Origin: Methanothrix sp.
GTDB lineage: Archaea > Halobacteriota > Methanosarcinia > Methanotrichales > Methanotrichaceae
Length of the DNA: 64,000 nt
Assembly (NCBI GenBank): GCA_037128175.1
Contig: JBAXWY010000008.1
Coordinates: 1 to 64,000 of the forward strand
Reading direction: 5' to 3'
Made by a program: the position numbers and the translations under genes. Position 1 is the first letter of the stretch; the number at the start of each line of letters is the position of its first letter. The notes beneath the pieces are model-generated. The model did not search any database. It had not been told where the DNA came from and saw nothing but the letters and a program-made list of their open reading frames with translations. This document shows, one piece after another, positions 19,634 to 29,600 of this stretch.

Positions 19634-20494
19634 TCACACCGTCGCCCTTTGGCTATAATCGACAAGTGCCATCAGGATGTCCTTGTCCTTGAGCATCCCC
19701 ATCAGCCTTCCGCTGGATGTGACCACTGGCATCTGGTCGATTCTATTCTTGTGCATTATCGCCGCGCATTTGCCGACCTCATCTTTTTTATAAGCCGTGA
19801 TGGGCGGCACCATAGCCTCGGAGACAAGAATATTTTTCAGCTTGATACGCGAAACAGTGTAATACTTGCTGATGGTCTGCATCACCCGGTCCCACATCCA
19901 GGTGTCCTCTCCATCATTGGCAGACATATCCGTCTTCTCGACCGTATCCTCGATGACACTGGTCTTGATGAGATCGCGGTCCGAGATCATGCCCACCAGC
20001 TTGAGGCTTCTATCGATGACGGGGCAGGCCTCCACTACGGCAAACTCCATAATCGATCCGGCTACCGCCAGGGGCATCTCGCTCCAGAGAACTACGGTCT
20101 CTTTCTCTAAATAGGGCTCAATGCTCTCTTTTATTCCCAGGTCCGCGGCCACCCGGACGATATCGGCAACGGTGATGATTCCCACCAGCTTAATGCCCTC
20201 CACTACAGGGAGCCGCCGGATGTCGTGCTTGATCAGCAGCCTTGAGGCTTCGACTATGCTCTTGTCCGGGCTTATCACAACAGGATCACGAGTCATGAGC
20301 AGGGCCGTTTGGTCCTCATCGCGATTGCGGAGCAGGTCGGTCCTGGTTATCATGCCTACGACCTCGCCCTTCTTTATTACAGGAACGCCGGAGACCTTGT
20401 GGTCCTGCAGCGTCTTCAAAACATCGTCCCTGCTGCCGGGGATGGCGACATGAGCCACATCCCGGACCATTACGTCCCTGACGAGAATGCTCAC
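19634..20494 (-). CDS. CBS domain protein (4 CBS)
   Basis: VRDVM, SGVPV, IRRLPVV...VGIITVADI and QMPVV motifs. Confidence 0.9.
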   Translation of the reverse strand: MSILVRDVMVRDVAHVAIPGSRDDVLKTLQDHKVSGVPVIKKGEVVGMITRTDLLRNRDEDQTALLMTRDPVVISPDKSIVEASRLLIKHDIRRLPVVEGIKLVGIITVADIVRVAADLGIKESIEPYLEKETVVLWSEMPLAVAGSIMEFAVVEACPVIDRSLKLVGMISDRDLIKTSVIEDTVEKTDMSANDGEDTWMWDRVMQTISKYYTVSRIKLKNILVSEAMVPPITAYKKDEVGKCAAIMHKNRIDQMPVVTSSGRLMGMLKDKDILMALVDYSQRATV

Positions 20495-20928
20495 GTCTTT
20501 TCCCTCGGAATGGTCAGTACAGGAATCTTGGAGCTTCTTACCACCTTCTCTGCCACACTGCCCAGCAGGAACTTATCAAGACCGGTACGCCCCACAGCTC
20601 CCAGGATGATAATATCCATGCCTTTTGACTCTGCATAGCTGATGATCTCGCTGCCTGGATTGCCCTCAGCCACAACACTCGCAAAGGCAACACCCATATC
20701 CTTGGCCAGCGTTTCTACCTGTTTCAAGGCCTCTTTTCCTTCTTTGAGCAGAAGCTCTCGGATGCTGAATAGTAGCATATCATCCGGCAGATGGCTCGTC
20801 CTGTTGGTGTCGGCCACATAGATCGCATTGACCTTTCCACCAGATATCTTTCCCAGCTCCAATGCCACCTTGGCCGCATTGTATCCGTGCTCTGATCCGT
20901 CGGTTGCAACTAGAATCTTCTCAAACAT
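20491..20928 (-). CDS. Universal stress protein
   Basis: KILVATDGS and GRTGLDKFLLGSVAEKVVR motifs. Confidence 0.93.
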   Translation of the reverse strand: MFEKILVATDGSEHGYNAAKVALELGKISGGKVNAIYVADTNRTSHLPDDMLLFSIRELLLKEGKEALKQVETLAKDMGVAFASVVAEGNPGSEIISYAESKGMDIIILGAVGRTGLDKFLLGSVAEKVVRSSKIPVLTIPREKT

Positions 20929-20937
20929 GATTAACCT

Positions 20938-21993
20938 CTAAAAGATAGCTATTATGTCAGACTGCCTGGCCCTTCTCACAATGCTGGAAATAGGGGCCAT
21001 CGACCCCCACATATTATCCGATTTTTTATCAATAACCATCACTCTTGCCTCTTTTCCTTCCAGAATGGACCCCAGCCTCTGATCAAGCCCGGTTATTTTA
21101 GCACCATTTAGCGTGCACATCTTAAATACCTGTCTATCGTCATGCAGCAGAGCCTTGACAAGGAAATGCATCTCATCAAAGATGTCCGGCGAGTTCATCA
21201 TAACGTTATCTGTTCCAACGGCAATTGTAATGCCAAGCTCCGCCATTCTTTTCACATTGGGCAGACCAACGTTCGTCACCAGGTTGGATCTGGGACAGAC
21301 CACCACGGGAAGGCCGGAGTGGGCCACATCCCTCAGATCCGTCTCCCCTGCCCGGTTCATGTGCACCAGGAAATCAGGATGAAGGGCAAGAGCATCGCCG
21401 ATATCGTCATTACCGGCTTCGCCGGCGTGCACTCCCACCGCCTGGCCCCCCTTTCTGGCTGCCGCCACTGCCGCATGGATTTGGTCCCGATCATGGTCTC
21501 GGGTACTGCTTATCCCCAGGCCCCAGCAGCTCTCTGGGATATCTATCCGGCCTGGGCTTGGCCGTCCCAGGATTCTGGCAAGAAGGGGCAAACCGCGCAC
21601 GGCATCTTCCAGCATGCTTACACCATCTGCCCCTCCCTCCCGAAAATCGGCAAAAGCACAAGTACCCGATGCCGCCATCTGTTGCAGGCTCCTTCTCATG
21701 CCTCCTACGAGAACAGCACGCGGCATTTGTGCCAGCATTCGTGCCTTCAGTCCATCCGGGCCGACCAGCAGAGAGAGCGGCAAAAAGGGTGGGTCCTTAA
21801 AGGCAGAGTCGCCCACATGGACGTGTGCGTTCACGAAGCACGGGCAGATAATGCCCTCATAGTCGGCGTCTACATGTTCAAATCCAAACTCCCGGATAAT
21901 GCCGTCTCGGATGCTGATGTAGCCATCTTCTGCCTGGAAATCATCTCCATAGATTATGGTTCCTTGCAGCAGAATCTCGCGTGCTTGAGGCAT
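20938..21993 (-). CDS. Amidohydrolase family (deaminase-like)
   Basis: FVNAHVH, HAGE, VCPRSN and GTDN motifs. Confidence 0.88.
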   Translation of the reverse strand: MPQAREILLQGTIIYGDDFQAEDGYISIRDGIIREFGFEHVDADYEGIICPCFVNAHVHVGDSAFKDPPFLPLSLLVGPDGLKARMLAQMPRAVLVGGMRRSLQQMAASGTCAFADFREGGADGVSMLEDAVRGLPLLARILGRPSPGRIDIPESCWGLGISSTRDHDRDQIHAAVAAARKGGQAVGVHAGEAGNDDIGDALALHPDFLVHMNRAGETDLRDVAHSGLPVVVCPRSNLVTNVGLPNVKRMAELGITIAVGTDNVMMNSPDIFDEMHFLVKALLHDDRQVFKMCTLNGAKITGLDQRLGSILEGKEARVMVIDKKSDNMWGSMAPISSIVRRARQSDIIAIF

Positions 21994-22046
21994 GTCATGA
22001 AATGGGCAGGCAAGCTATTTAGTATCTCTTTGTCTAATTAGAAGCA

Positions 22047-22757
22047 TTGACCCGGCCCTTCGTATTCATCAATAGCGCCATGAGCGCTGACGGCAAGATC
22101 AGCTCTTTTGAGCGCTGCCAGGTGAGCATCTCCGGTCAAATGGACAGATCCAGGGTTGACCTTCTCCGGGCGGAGAGCGACGCTATCATGGTAGGAGTGG
22201 GAACGGTGCTGGCAGACGATCCCAGCCTGAGGGTGAAGTCGTTAAGCTCTCGCGAGGCCCGGCGAAAGAGAGGGCAGCCGGAAGACCCGCTTCGCATTAT
22301 TGCCGACAGCCGGGCAAGAACGCCTCCCTCTGCAGGGGTCCTGGGACCAGGGTGCATCGTGGCCGTCACCGGCTCTGCGCCGCAGGAACGGCTGGATAGG
22401 CTCTCCTCAAATTGTGAGATAATAGTATGCGGAAAAGAGCGGGTCGATCTGACGGAGCTGTTTTCCCGGCTTTTTGATAGGGGCGTCAAGCGCCTCATGG
22501 TGGAGGGCGGGGCTACGCTCAACTGGTCGCTTCTCAAGCTCGGCCTGGTGGATGAACTTTATGTCTACATGGGGGCGATGCTCATCGGCGGAGAGAATGC
22601 ACCCACCCTGGTGGACGGGTCGGGATTCAAAGAACATTTCCCCCGGCTGACCCTTCGCGACGTGCAGCGGTTAGACGAGGGAGTGCTTATCAAGTGGAGC
22701 CTGCCAAGCGAATCTACTCCTTTCTCACCACCAGCACGGGAATATTGGAGCTTCTGA
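22047..22757 (+). CDS. 2,5-diamino-6-(ribosylamino)-4(3H)-pyrimidinone 5'-phosphate reductase (RibD C-terminal type)
   Basis: AMSADGKI, VGVGTVLADDPSL and LMVEGGATLN motifs; TTG start. Confidence 0.9.
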   Translation: MTRPFVFINSAMSADGKISSFERCQVSISGQMDRSRVDLLRAESDAIMVGVGTVLADDPSLRVKSLSSREARRKRGQPEDPLRIIADSRARTPPSAGVLGPGCIVAVTGSAPQERLDRLSSNCEIIVCGKERVDLTELFSRLFDRGVKRLMVEGGATLNWSLLKLGLVDELYVYMGAMLIGGENAPTLVDGSGFKEHFPRLTLRDVQRLDEGVLIKWSLPSESTPFSPPAREYWSF

Positions 22758-23166
22758 CCACTTTATCGGCCACGCTGCCCAGGAGGAACCTTTCCAGGCC
22801 AGTGACTCCGATTCCGCCCATGACGATGAGGTTCATATCGCCTTCTTTTGCGATTGCAATGATGTCCTCAGCAGGATAGCCTTCCGTGATCTTTCTGGTC
22901 ACGGCAATGCCCGCTTTCTCTGCCATCACTTCTACTCTTTTGGTGGCTTCATCGCCCTGATTTTGCAGATTGCTTCTTATGCCTGCGATCAGGTCGTCGG
23001 CAACCTTTGAGATCAGGTCCCCCAGGGGGCCATACTCTTTGCCGATATCGACAACAAAAAGAGCGGTGACGGCTGAGCCGTAGAGCCTGGCCATTTCTAT
23101 TCCTGCTTCTGCGGCCCTCTCGCTATGCTGGGAGCCGTCGGTTGCAATCAAGATCCTTTCAAACAT
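22714..23166 (-). CDS. Universal stress protein
   Basis: RILIATDGS and GLERFLLGSVADKVVR motifs; paralog of 20491-20928. Confidence 0.93.
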   Translation of the reverse strand: MFERILIATDGSQHSERAAEAGIEMARLYGSAVTALFVVDIGKEYGPLGDLISKVADDLIAGIRSNLQNQGDEATKRVEVMAEKAGIAVTRKITEGYPAEDIIAIAKEGDMNLIVMGGIGVTGLERFLLGSVADKVVRSSNIPVLVVRKE

Positions 23167-23171
23167 GATTC

Positions 23172-23873
23172 CTAGCCTCTCATGAACTTATCCCAGCCCT
23201 GGTATTGCGTCTTGAGGACGGTGCAGATACTCTCCATCATCGCATAGGGTATGCCCACCACGACATCCTCATCTTTCAGGCCGGAGTTTTTCGCAGATCC
23301 ATCGCAGCCTAAAGAGATGTTCACCTCTCCTTTGAGGTAGGGCGAGGCTGTGGCATCCACGCAAAAAGACTGGATTCCCGCCGTGTTGAAGCCGGCCCTG
23401 CCTCCATCTTTGAACATGACCGCCTGCACAATGCGCCGGGCGTTAAGCGGACTGCCTACAAATATCACCACATCGGGGTTCATGATCATCTTGTCCAAGG
23501 GGGCCACGTAGGTAGCTACCGTGCTGCCGGGAAGGAGGCGCGGCATATTGGAAGCGATGCTGGTGCCGATCGCCGGGGTCTCGCACTTATGCAGCTTGTC
23601 GAAGTACAAAGATCCTGAGGCGATGTTCTCCGGGCACTGCACAATCCCCAGACCCGAGGCTCCGCCCTTGCATCCGTGATAGTCGGCCCGCGCCAGGAAG
23701 CTTTTCCCCTCTTGTCGCGCCCCCTGAATCATGCCGCAGTAATGGAAGGGCTTCTCCACGGATTTGAGATCGTTGGGAATTTCCGCTTCGCTCTTGAACA
23801 GTCTTACGCCAACGATATTGTCGCGAATTCCTAAGGAGGACTTCAATATATCTGACATTTCTTCAAGATTCAT
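23172..23873 (-). CDS. DUF169 family protein
   Basis: VGVRL, YCGM, CKGGASGLG, PDVVIF and SLGCDGS motifs. Start set at MNLEEM. Confidence 0.8.
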   Translation of the reverse strand: MNLEEMSDILKSSLGIRDNIVGVRLFKSEAEIPNDLKSVEKPFHYCGMIQGARQEGKSFLARADYHGCKGGASGLGIVQCPENIASGSLYFDKLHKCETPAIGTSIASNMPRLLPGSTVATYVAPLDKMIMNPDVVIFVGSPLNARRIVQAVMFKDGGRAGFNTAGIQSFCVDATASPYLKGEVNISLGCDGSAKNSGLKDEDVVVGIPYAMMESICTVLKTQYQGWDKFMRG

Positions 23874-24004
23874 CTCAATACACCGCATAACAGGAGGCAG
23901 GAATGGCATTTCACACTTGCGCTCTGCGGCAAGGGCGGGAGAACCGGGAGCGGTTTCAATTTGAAGATATTTGAAAATTGATGGAAAAAAAGAAAAAATG
24001 ATAT

Positions 24005-24430
24005 TTAAGCTGCCTTTGCCTCCTCAGGATAGCGAGAGACCATATTGCCAGAAGCATCCGTTAAGGTAGCCACATCGCCATCATTGTTCCAGATGGATGA
24101 GCTGCGGTTCCAGAAGAGATCAACGGACGTGTCATTTCCCATTCCCGTGCGAATCTTGACGACACCACTGGCCTTCAGGCTGAAATCCGGGAACTTGTAG
24201 GTGTGATTCTGCGCATCCTCCAGCGTCCAGCCGGCCAGGCTGACATCCGCGGTGCCCAGATTGGATATCTCCACCCATTCCTCATCCAAGTTCTCTTTCT
24301 CCGGGCTTGGAGCCGCAAAATTGGCATTTGTTATGGCGATACCGTTCTCTGCTGCGCCCTGCACCAATGCCGCCCCCAGAATCAGGACGGCAAGGGAGAT
24401 TAGCGCCCCTACAAATATTCGGTTATTCAT
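24005..24430 (-). CDS. Secreted lamin-tail-domain protein
   Basis: Signal peptide; EWVEISN...LAGWTLED and IWNNDGDVATL motifs. Confidence 0.85.
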   Translation of the reverse strand: MNNRIFVGALISLAVLILGAALVQGAAENGIAITNANFAAPSPEKENLDEEWVEISNLGTADVSLAGWTLEDAQNHTYKFPDFSLKASGVVKIRTGMGNDTSVDLFWNRSSSIWNNDGDVATLTDASGNMVSRYPEEAKAA

Positions 24431-24763
24431 CTTTATTTCTCCAGATTTACTTTTCCGCAATTTAGTATTTTTAGTACTGATCACACTTCAGTAATATAAA
24501 TTTTTCTAAAGAGTTTGGCTGCTGATGTAGTGGTATATAATAATTAATTGCTAATTAAATTTCTATTTAAATAATTAATAACCATAAACTGTGCACTTGA
24601 TTATAATCGCTCATCTCGCCACCTGTCGAATCCGCGGACCCGTGCCAACGAAGGCGGAGAAGGTCGCAAAATGACGGGCCGGGGCGAAAAGCGGACCCCA
24701 GCTTAGCCAGCTCAGGCTCCGGTGCGCCACTTCAATATATCAGTTGCAACAAATACATAAATC

Positions 24764-25315
24764 ATGGAAGACGATATAATTTATGAGAAGGCAGTCGAAA
24801 TACTCAATCCCGGCCGGCTCTATTTTGCCCTCAAAGCCATGAGGAACTCGCCGGTTAAGATATCGTTTGACATGGGCGATCTGAATCTAACATCGGGGGC
24901 CGTCTCTTCCCTGGTAAGCATCGAAGGGAAATTGCCGGAAGAAGTACAGGCGAGAGAGTGGCTTGTGCCCCTGGAGGATCTGAAGATATTGCAGGATTTG
25001 ATCCCGCCGGATACATATTACTGGGAGAACCGGGCCCTGGTATTGGAGTGGCAGTGCGATCTGGTTGTTGACAGCACGATTGACGAAAAGAACCCCCTGG
25101 AGTCGCTCGACCAGGAAGAAGAGTATCGCGATCAGCTCCTGGTCACCAATCGCGAGTATCGTGAACTGCAGATGGCATTGGATGACTGCAACTCCCACAT
25201 CCCGCAGGTTCTCTTCTCCATCTATCCCGACCGATTGAATTTCGCGGTCAATTGTTCAGAGCATGATGAAATTGTGGGAACGATGATTCAACTGAAGGGG
25301 CAGAAAGAGGCGTGA
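24764..25315 (+). CDS. Hypothetical acidic protein
   Basis: 183-aa ORF with an AT-rich upstream region; no family recognised. Confidence 0.65.
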   Translation: MEDDIIYEKAVEILNPGRLYFALKAMRNSPVKISFDMGDLNLTSGAVSSLVSIEGKLPEEVQAREWLVPLEDLKILQDLIPPDTYYWENRALVLEWQCDLVVDSTIDEKNPLESLDQEEEYRDQLLVTNREYRELQMALDDCNSHIPQVLFSIYPDRLNFAVNCSEHDEIVGTMIQLKGQKEA

Positions 25316-25335
25316 GAAAATAGAGTAATATAGTC

Positions 25336-25475
25336 CTTTGTGCGCTCTGTGCCTGTGGTGGTAGTCTGTAACCACTCGATGATAACCAGCAGCTAACGAC
25401 GTTTCAACCACAGAGACACAGAGCTCACAGAGAACGCACAGAGCGACTAACTAACAACTTAAAAACCACAGTAAC
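25336..25475. repeat. ACCACAGAG(ACACAGAG)n repeat cluster
   Basis: CTTTGTGCGCTCTGTGCCTGTGGT faces ACCACAGAGACACAGAGCTCACAGAG. Confidence 0.75.
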
Positions 25476-25512
25476 CTGAGGTTAGCCACCTGAAATTGCG
25501 AAGAGTTGAACT

Positions 25513-26847
25513 TCAGTCTCCTTTTCTCCAAATCCTGATGATAAGTGCAATTCCTGCCAGGTTAATGACCAGGATAAGTATGATTCCGATTATTCTCTTC
25601 CAATCTCCCTCGGGCGCTGCCTTCCCCGTCAGATCTATCGCCGCGTCCCCGTTCACCATCACCGTCCACTCCTTTCCGCCTGCCTTGAGGCTGTACAGCC
25701 CGCGCGGCAGGCCCCGGAAGCGGCACTCTCCCGCGCTGCCATTCGCCAGCCACGCTCCACCGCGCCACAGCTCCAGGCCCGCGGGCGCGCCCGTGACCCG
25801 CAGGTCGAACCCCGCGCGGATGGGCAGGCTCTTGCCTTCTGAGCTGAGGTTGCCGGAGATATTCAAAATGCCGAGCACCGTGGGAGCGATATCCGTCTCC
25901 GACCAGCGGCCACCCAGGTTCAGCTCCTCCACACCCGGTCCCAGAAAAACGAGGGGGACGCGCAGTGCCTCCGGGTGGGCGGCGTATTTTTCTGCGGAGT
26001 GCCCGCCCTTGCCCACCCTGGAAGGAAAGACCATGCCGTGGTCGGCGGTGACGGCCAGCAGCACGTTATTTTGGCGGCAGGCTTCGGCCAGGCGGCCCAG
26101 CGGCACGTCCAGAGCCTGCACCGTCTGGCGGTAGCCGTCCGCGCCCAGGTTCTGCCCGGCGCTGTCCACTGCGCCCACATTCACCAGCATGAGAAAACGC
26201 TGTCCGGAGAGGTTCTGAACGGTGTCTGCCGCGACGTCCAGCGCCCAGGCATTGTATCCCGCGTAGCCCGCGGGGCCCTGCAGGGCAGTGTAGCTGGCAA
26301 ACCTGTCCCGCCACACCTGAAATCGGTACTTCAGGCCCGCAGGCGCGCCGGCCCGAAAGCCCGGTATCGGCTCGGCCCCGTGCAGGGCGTTGTCGCCCAG
26401 ATAGAGAACGCCGTCCATCTCCTGCAAGACGGGCATGGCGTCGCCCCGTTCCAGCACGGCCAGACAGAGGTAGCCATTGGCGTGAGCCGCATCGAAGACT
26501 GTGGGGCCGAGATGGTCCGGATTAGTTCCTGAATTTCCGGTGATGAGAATGCTGTGGCTCTGGGTGGTCTCAGGCACGGGTACCCGCACGTCCACCGCCC
26601 GCGCCCCGCCGCCCGTCAAATTGAAGAGAATGGCGCCTTCCAGCGCCGTGCCGTCCAGGGCATAGGCGCGATGCTCCGGATAAACGTAAGACGACCCCAG
26701 ACCATCCACCACCAGGATGATTGCCCCGTCTGGCTCTGCCACGGGCCCCACCTGCACATCAATGGCCCCCGCGACGGGAAATAGTGATAATAATAGTAAT
26801 AATTGTAATAATAAAAATGAATGTTGTTTAGGATGGCGCGAGAGCAT
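25513..26847 (-). CDS. Secreted, C-terminally membrane-anchored alkaline-phosphatase-superfamily protein
   Basis: LVVDGLG, VDSAGQ, VTADHG, GGH and DIAPT motifs; Leu-rich signal peptide and C-terminal TM. The ORF extension to 27078 is repeat-derived. Confidence 0.8.
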   Translation of the reverse strand: MLSRHPKQHSFLLLQLLLLLSLFPVAGAIDVQVGPVAEPDGAIILVVDGLGSSYVYPEHRAYALDGTALEGAILFNLTGGGARAVDVRVPVPETTQSHSILITGNSGTNPDHLGPTVFDAAHANGYLCLAVLERGDAMPVLQEMDGVLYLGDNALHGAEPIPGFRAGAPAGLKYRFQVWRDRFASYTALQGPAGYAGYNAWALDVAADTVQNLSGQRFLMLVNVGAVDSAGQNLGADGYRQTVQALDVPLGRLAEACRQNNVLLAVTADHGMVFPSRVGKGGHSAEKYAAHPEALRVPLVFLGPGVEELNLGGRWSETDIAPTVLGILNISGNLSSEGKSLPIRAGFDLRVTGAPAGLELWRGGAWLANGSAGECRFRGLPRGLYSLKAGGKEWTVMVNGDAAIDLTGKAAPEGDWKRIIGIILILVINLAGIALIIRIWRKGD

Positions 26848-26869
26848 AAAACACGAACTAAAATAAAAT

Positions 26870-27045
26870 CGCTCTGTAGGTCCTCTGTGCGCTCTGTGTC
26901 TCTGTGGTGGCCGTCCGTTCGCTGTGTTTTGTTGTTGTTCTTTGTGCCTTTGTGCCTTTGTGGTGAAAAGTCGTCGCCCGTTGCAGCTAAAGCACCGATC
27001 GCGACCATCAACCAAAAAGACACAACGCTCACAAAGTACGCACAA
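26870..27045. repeat. CTCTGTG/CTTTGTG repeat cluster
   Basis: CTCTGTGCGCTCTGTGTCTCTGTGGT at 26883-26908 and CTTTGTGCCTTTGTGCCTTTGTGGTG at 26940-26965. Confidence 0.75.
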
Positions 27046-27094
27046 TATTCTCAACAAAAAGAAAAAAGGGCGGATCATCCAAGATCTGCTATCT

Positions 27095-28282
27095 TCAGAA
27101 GTCCGTCATGACCCGGTACTGGTCAATCTCTGTCTGCTTGAGGCCCGTCAGGAACTGCTCGGCCATGTCGCGAATATCCTTGGAACGGGTGATAGCTCTG
27201 CCCACTACCAGGATGTTCGCGCCTGCCGCCAGAGCCGCGCCCTCGGTATCCACGCGAATGCCGCCCGCTACAGCCACCAGCAGCCTTCTTCCATCTTTGG
27301 CAAGGGCCTGAATATCACGAATGTTATTCCAGGCGTGCGCGCTCAACTCATTGTCGATGGCCCGGTGCAGCTCGACCACGTCCGGTAAAACTTCGAGCCC
27401 CTTCAGGACTGTCAGCGGATCGGGCACATTGAGCATGTCGATGATGGAGTAGATGCCGGTCTTTCTGGCCTCTCGAATGGACAGCTCCAGCGTCTTCTTA
27501 GGGGCGAGGCCGGATATGACCACGGCGTCAGCTGTGGAGTCCGCTGCCAGGCGCACCTCCAGGTTACCGGTGTCCAGAGTCTTCAGATCCAGGATGACAA
27601 AGGCGCCCGGCCGAATGGCACGAATCTCCTTGACCACACTGATGCCCAGCATCTTGACCAGGGGCGTACCCACCTCAATGAGAATGTGATCGCTATCAGG
27701 TAGGGCCGTTAGCACGCGGCGCACCTCGGCCACATCCACCAGATCGAAGGCCACCTGCAAGTATGGTGGGTCCCAGAGCCGGGTGACCCGGAAGCCCATG
27801 ATGGGATGAGTAGAGCGGTCCTTCTCGTAGAGCACCAGATCTACATCCGGGAATCCGGTCATGGCTCTTTCCAGGGCCAGCTTGGTCGCACCGTAATTGT
27901 AGCGATAGATGGCGTCGTAGTCTTTGGCCTGGGGATGAATGAACACGGATACTATTATCAGCAGCTCTTCAGCCTTGTCCTTGGGAATGATGCCCTCTGC
28001 TACCGCATCCGCCACGGCCTTGGCCACGGCCATCTGGGCCGGGCCGAAGATCTGGGCGACTTGATCCATATTCTTCACAGTAACTTTGGGTACTATGAGA
28101 GTGGACGGCTTGGCCGGCAAATTGGGCCGGATAACACCTAAAAGGGGCGTGTGCCCTGCCGAAAGCTGCGAAAGCGCGGAGGCAAAAGCCGTGGCTACCG
28201 GCCCCTCCTTATCTCCGATGATCAGATCGATATGAGCAATCTCAGGCTCCTTTCCTATAAGAGCCTCTCCAACTAAAAACAA
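27095..28282 (-). CDS. fae-hps: Bifunctional formaldehyde-activating enzyme / 3-hexulose-6-phosphate synthase
   Basis: [15 protein letters not shown] (Fae) plus [20 protein letters not shown] and VELHRAID (Hps). Confidence 0.95.
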   Translation of the reverse strand: MFLVGEALIGKEPEIAHIDLIIGDKEGPVATAFASALSQLSAGHTPLLGVIRPNLPAKPSTLIVPKVTVKNMDQVAQIFGPAQMAVAKAVADAVAEGIIPKDKAEELLIIVSVFIHPQAKDYDAIYRYNYGATKLALERAMTGFPDVDLVLYEKDRSTHPIMGFRVTRLWDPPYLQVAFDLVDVAEVRRVLTALPDSDHILIEVGTPLVKMLGISVVKEIRAIRPGAFVILDLKTLDTGNLEVRLAADSTADAVVISGLAPKKTLELSIREARKTGIYSIIDMLNVPDPLTVLKGLEVLPDVVELHRAIDNELSAHAWNNIRDIQALAKDGRRLLVAVAGGIRVDTEGAALAAGANILVVGRAITRSKDIRDMAEQFLTGLKQTEIDQYRVMTDF

Positions 28283-28350
28283 AAAGATTCACCTCGAAAT
28301 GGAGGTTGAGCAATCTCTCTATTTTAATCCTTTCTCACGAGGCGCGCACA

Positions 28351-29508
28351 CTAGATCAGTTGCCAGTAGATAAGAGGGGCCAGCGCCAGCAGGGCCAGGC
28401 CCGTGGCCAGCCTCATTCCTACTCTATGATCCTTGCGAAAAGCGTCCACCTGCCCCGGGCTCATGCCTAGAGCAATGGCCCCGCCCAGGATAATGATGGG
28501 CAAAATTACTCCCAGGTTGAAGAAAAACAGATAGGTAGCCCCCTCAAAGTAGCTTCTGGCCGAGAGAAGATCCAGTATCGCGAGGTAGATGGCACCCACA
28601 CAGGGGGCTTTGACCAGGGAGAAGAGCGCCCCTATGAGGAAGTACGAGCTGAAGCGGCCCTTGTCAACCCCGGCCTGGAAGTACTTGAGAGCCCAATCCG
28701 TACGAAAGAGGGATGGCCGTCCCTGATGGAGCCGCAGCGCATCCCAGACCTGAGAGAGGCCGGCCAACAGGAGAAAGGCAGTCAGGATATAGCGGAAGGC
28801 ACTGGCTATCGCTTCTGTCTGGAGCAGTTGCTGCATGCCCAGGCCGAAGAGAAAGTACATGGTAAAGATGCCCAAGGAAAAGAACACCACCATCGTAACC
28901 ATCTCCCGCCTCTTCCCCTTAGAGGAGAGAACGGATGCCGCCAGGAAGACCAGGATGCCAAGCAAGCAGGGATTGAAGCCCGCCACCAGGCCCGCACCTA
29001 AAACGGCAGAAATGGTGTAAAGAGATATCTCCTGCAAATTCAGACCCTGGCCACTGGCTGCGCTCAGGTTCTGCTTGGTGCTCTCATTGCCGGGCAGGGT
29101 GAAAGCAGCCGGAAGATTAGGAGTCTGGTTGGCCAGGGCGCCTTTGATGAGCTTTTCCAGCAAGGCGTTGTCTCCCTCATAATCCCTATAATTTATGACC
29201 TGCACGCCGATTATGATGGCAGGAACATCCTTGGCTCGATACTGCTTGATGATACGGTGCCCCTCATCGGAATAATAGTAATGCGTGCTGACATTGATGG
29301 GCACCTCTTGCTCGATCTTCTCAAGAGTTCTCTCCGCCGCGGCACATTTCGTGCATCCTGGGGACTTGATGAAGATGACCTCGGCGGCACCCGTGGCATT
29401 TTTCCCGGAAGCGGCAACGCTGTTTTGGAATAGCAGAGCTGCGCTTAAGAGCATGACAAGCACGATGAAGAGAGCAGTGACCGCAATGCGAGGCATGATT
29501 GTGCGCAT
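28351..29508 (-). CDS. Thioredoxin-like CxxC domain fused to a CcdA/DsbD transmembrane domain
   Basis: SPGCTKC; GFNPC and APCVGAIY in TM helices. Confidence 0.85.
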   Translation of the reverse strand: MRTIMPRIAVTALFIVLVMLLSAALLFQNSVAASGKNATGAAEVIFIKSPGCTKCAAAERTLEKIEQEVPINVSTHYYYSDEGHRIIKQYRAKDVPAIIIGVQVINYRDYEGDNALLEKLIKGALANQTPNLPAAFTLPGNESTKQNLSAASGQGLNLQEISLYTISAVLGAGLVAGFNPCLLGILVFLAASVLSSKGKRREMVTMVVFFSLGIFTMYFLFGLGMQQLLQTEAIASAFRYILTAFLLLAGLSQVWDALRLHQGRPSLFRTDWALKYFQAGVDKGRFSSYFLIGALFSLVKAPCVGAIYLAILDLLSARSYFEGATYLFFFNLGVILPIIILGGAIALGMSPGQVDAFRKDHRVGMRLATGLALLALAPLIYWQLI

Positions 29509-29600
29509 CAGCTACCTAAGGTACACAAGAGGTATAAAATCCCCCTGATCCGGGGGATTGAGTCCTAAATCCCCCGTCCCATCAAATTCACCCTTTAGAT

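Noticed and set aside
22714-22757. 44-nt convergent overlap of the reductase and usp genes
   Set aside because: Most simply a short C-terminal extension past the conserved domain; no evidence of function.
24930-24940. AATTGCCGGAA match to the predicted guide of the 14346 relic
   Set aside because: Only 11 nt and not preceded by a TTGAT-like TAM; plausibly chance.
25336-25475. CRISPR array
   Set aside because: Units are 8-9 nt with no regular 30-40-nt spacers, and no cas genes are nearby.
26848-27078. 77-aa N-terminal extension of the phosphatase-like ORF
   Set aside because: It is a translation of the repeat cluster; the signal peptide begins at Met 26847.
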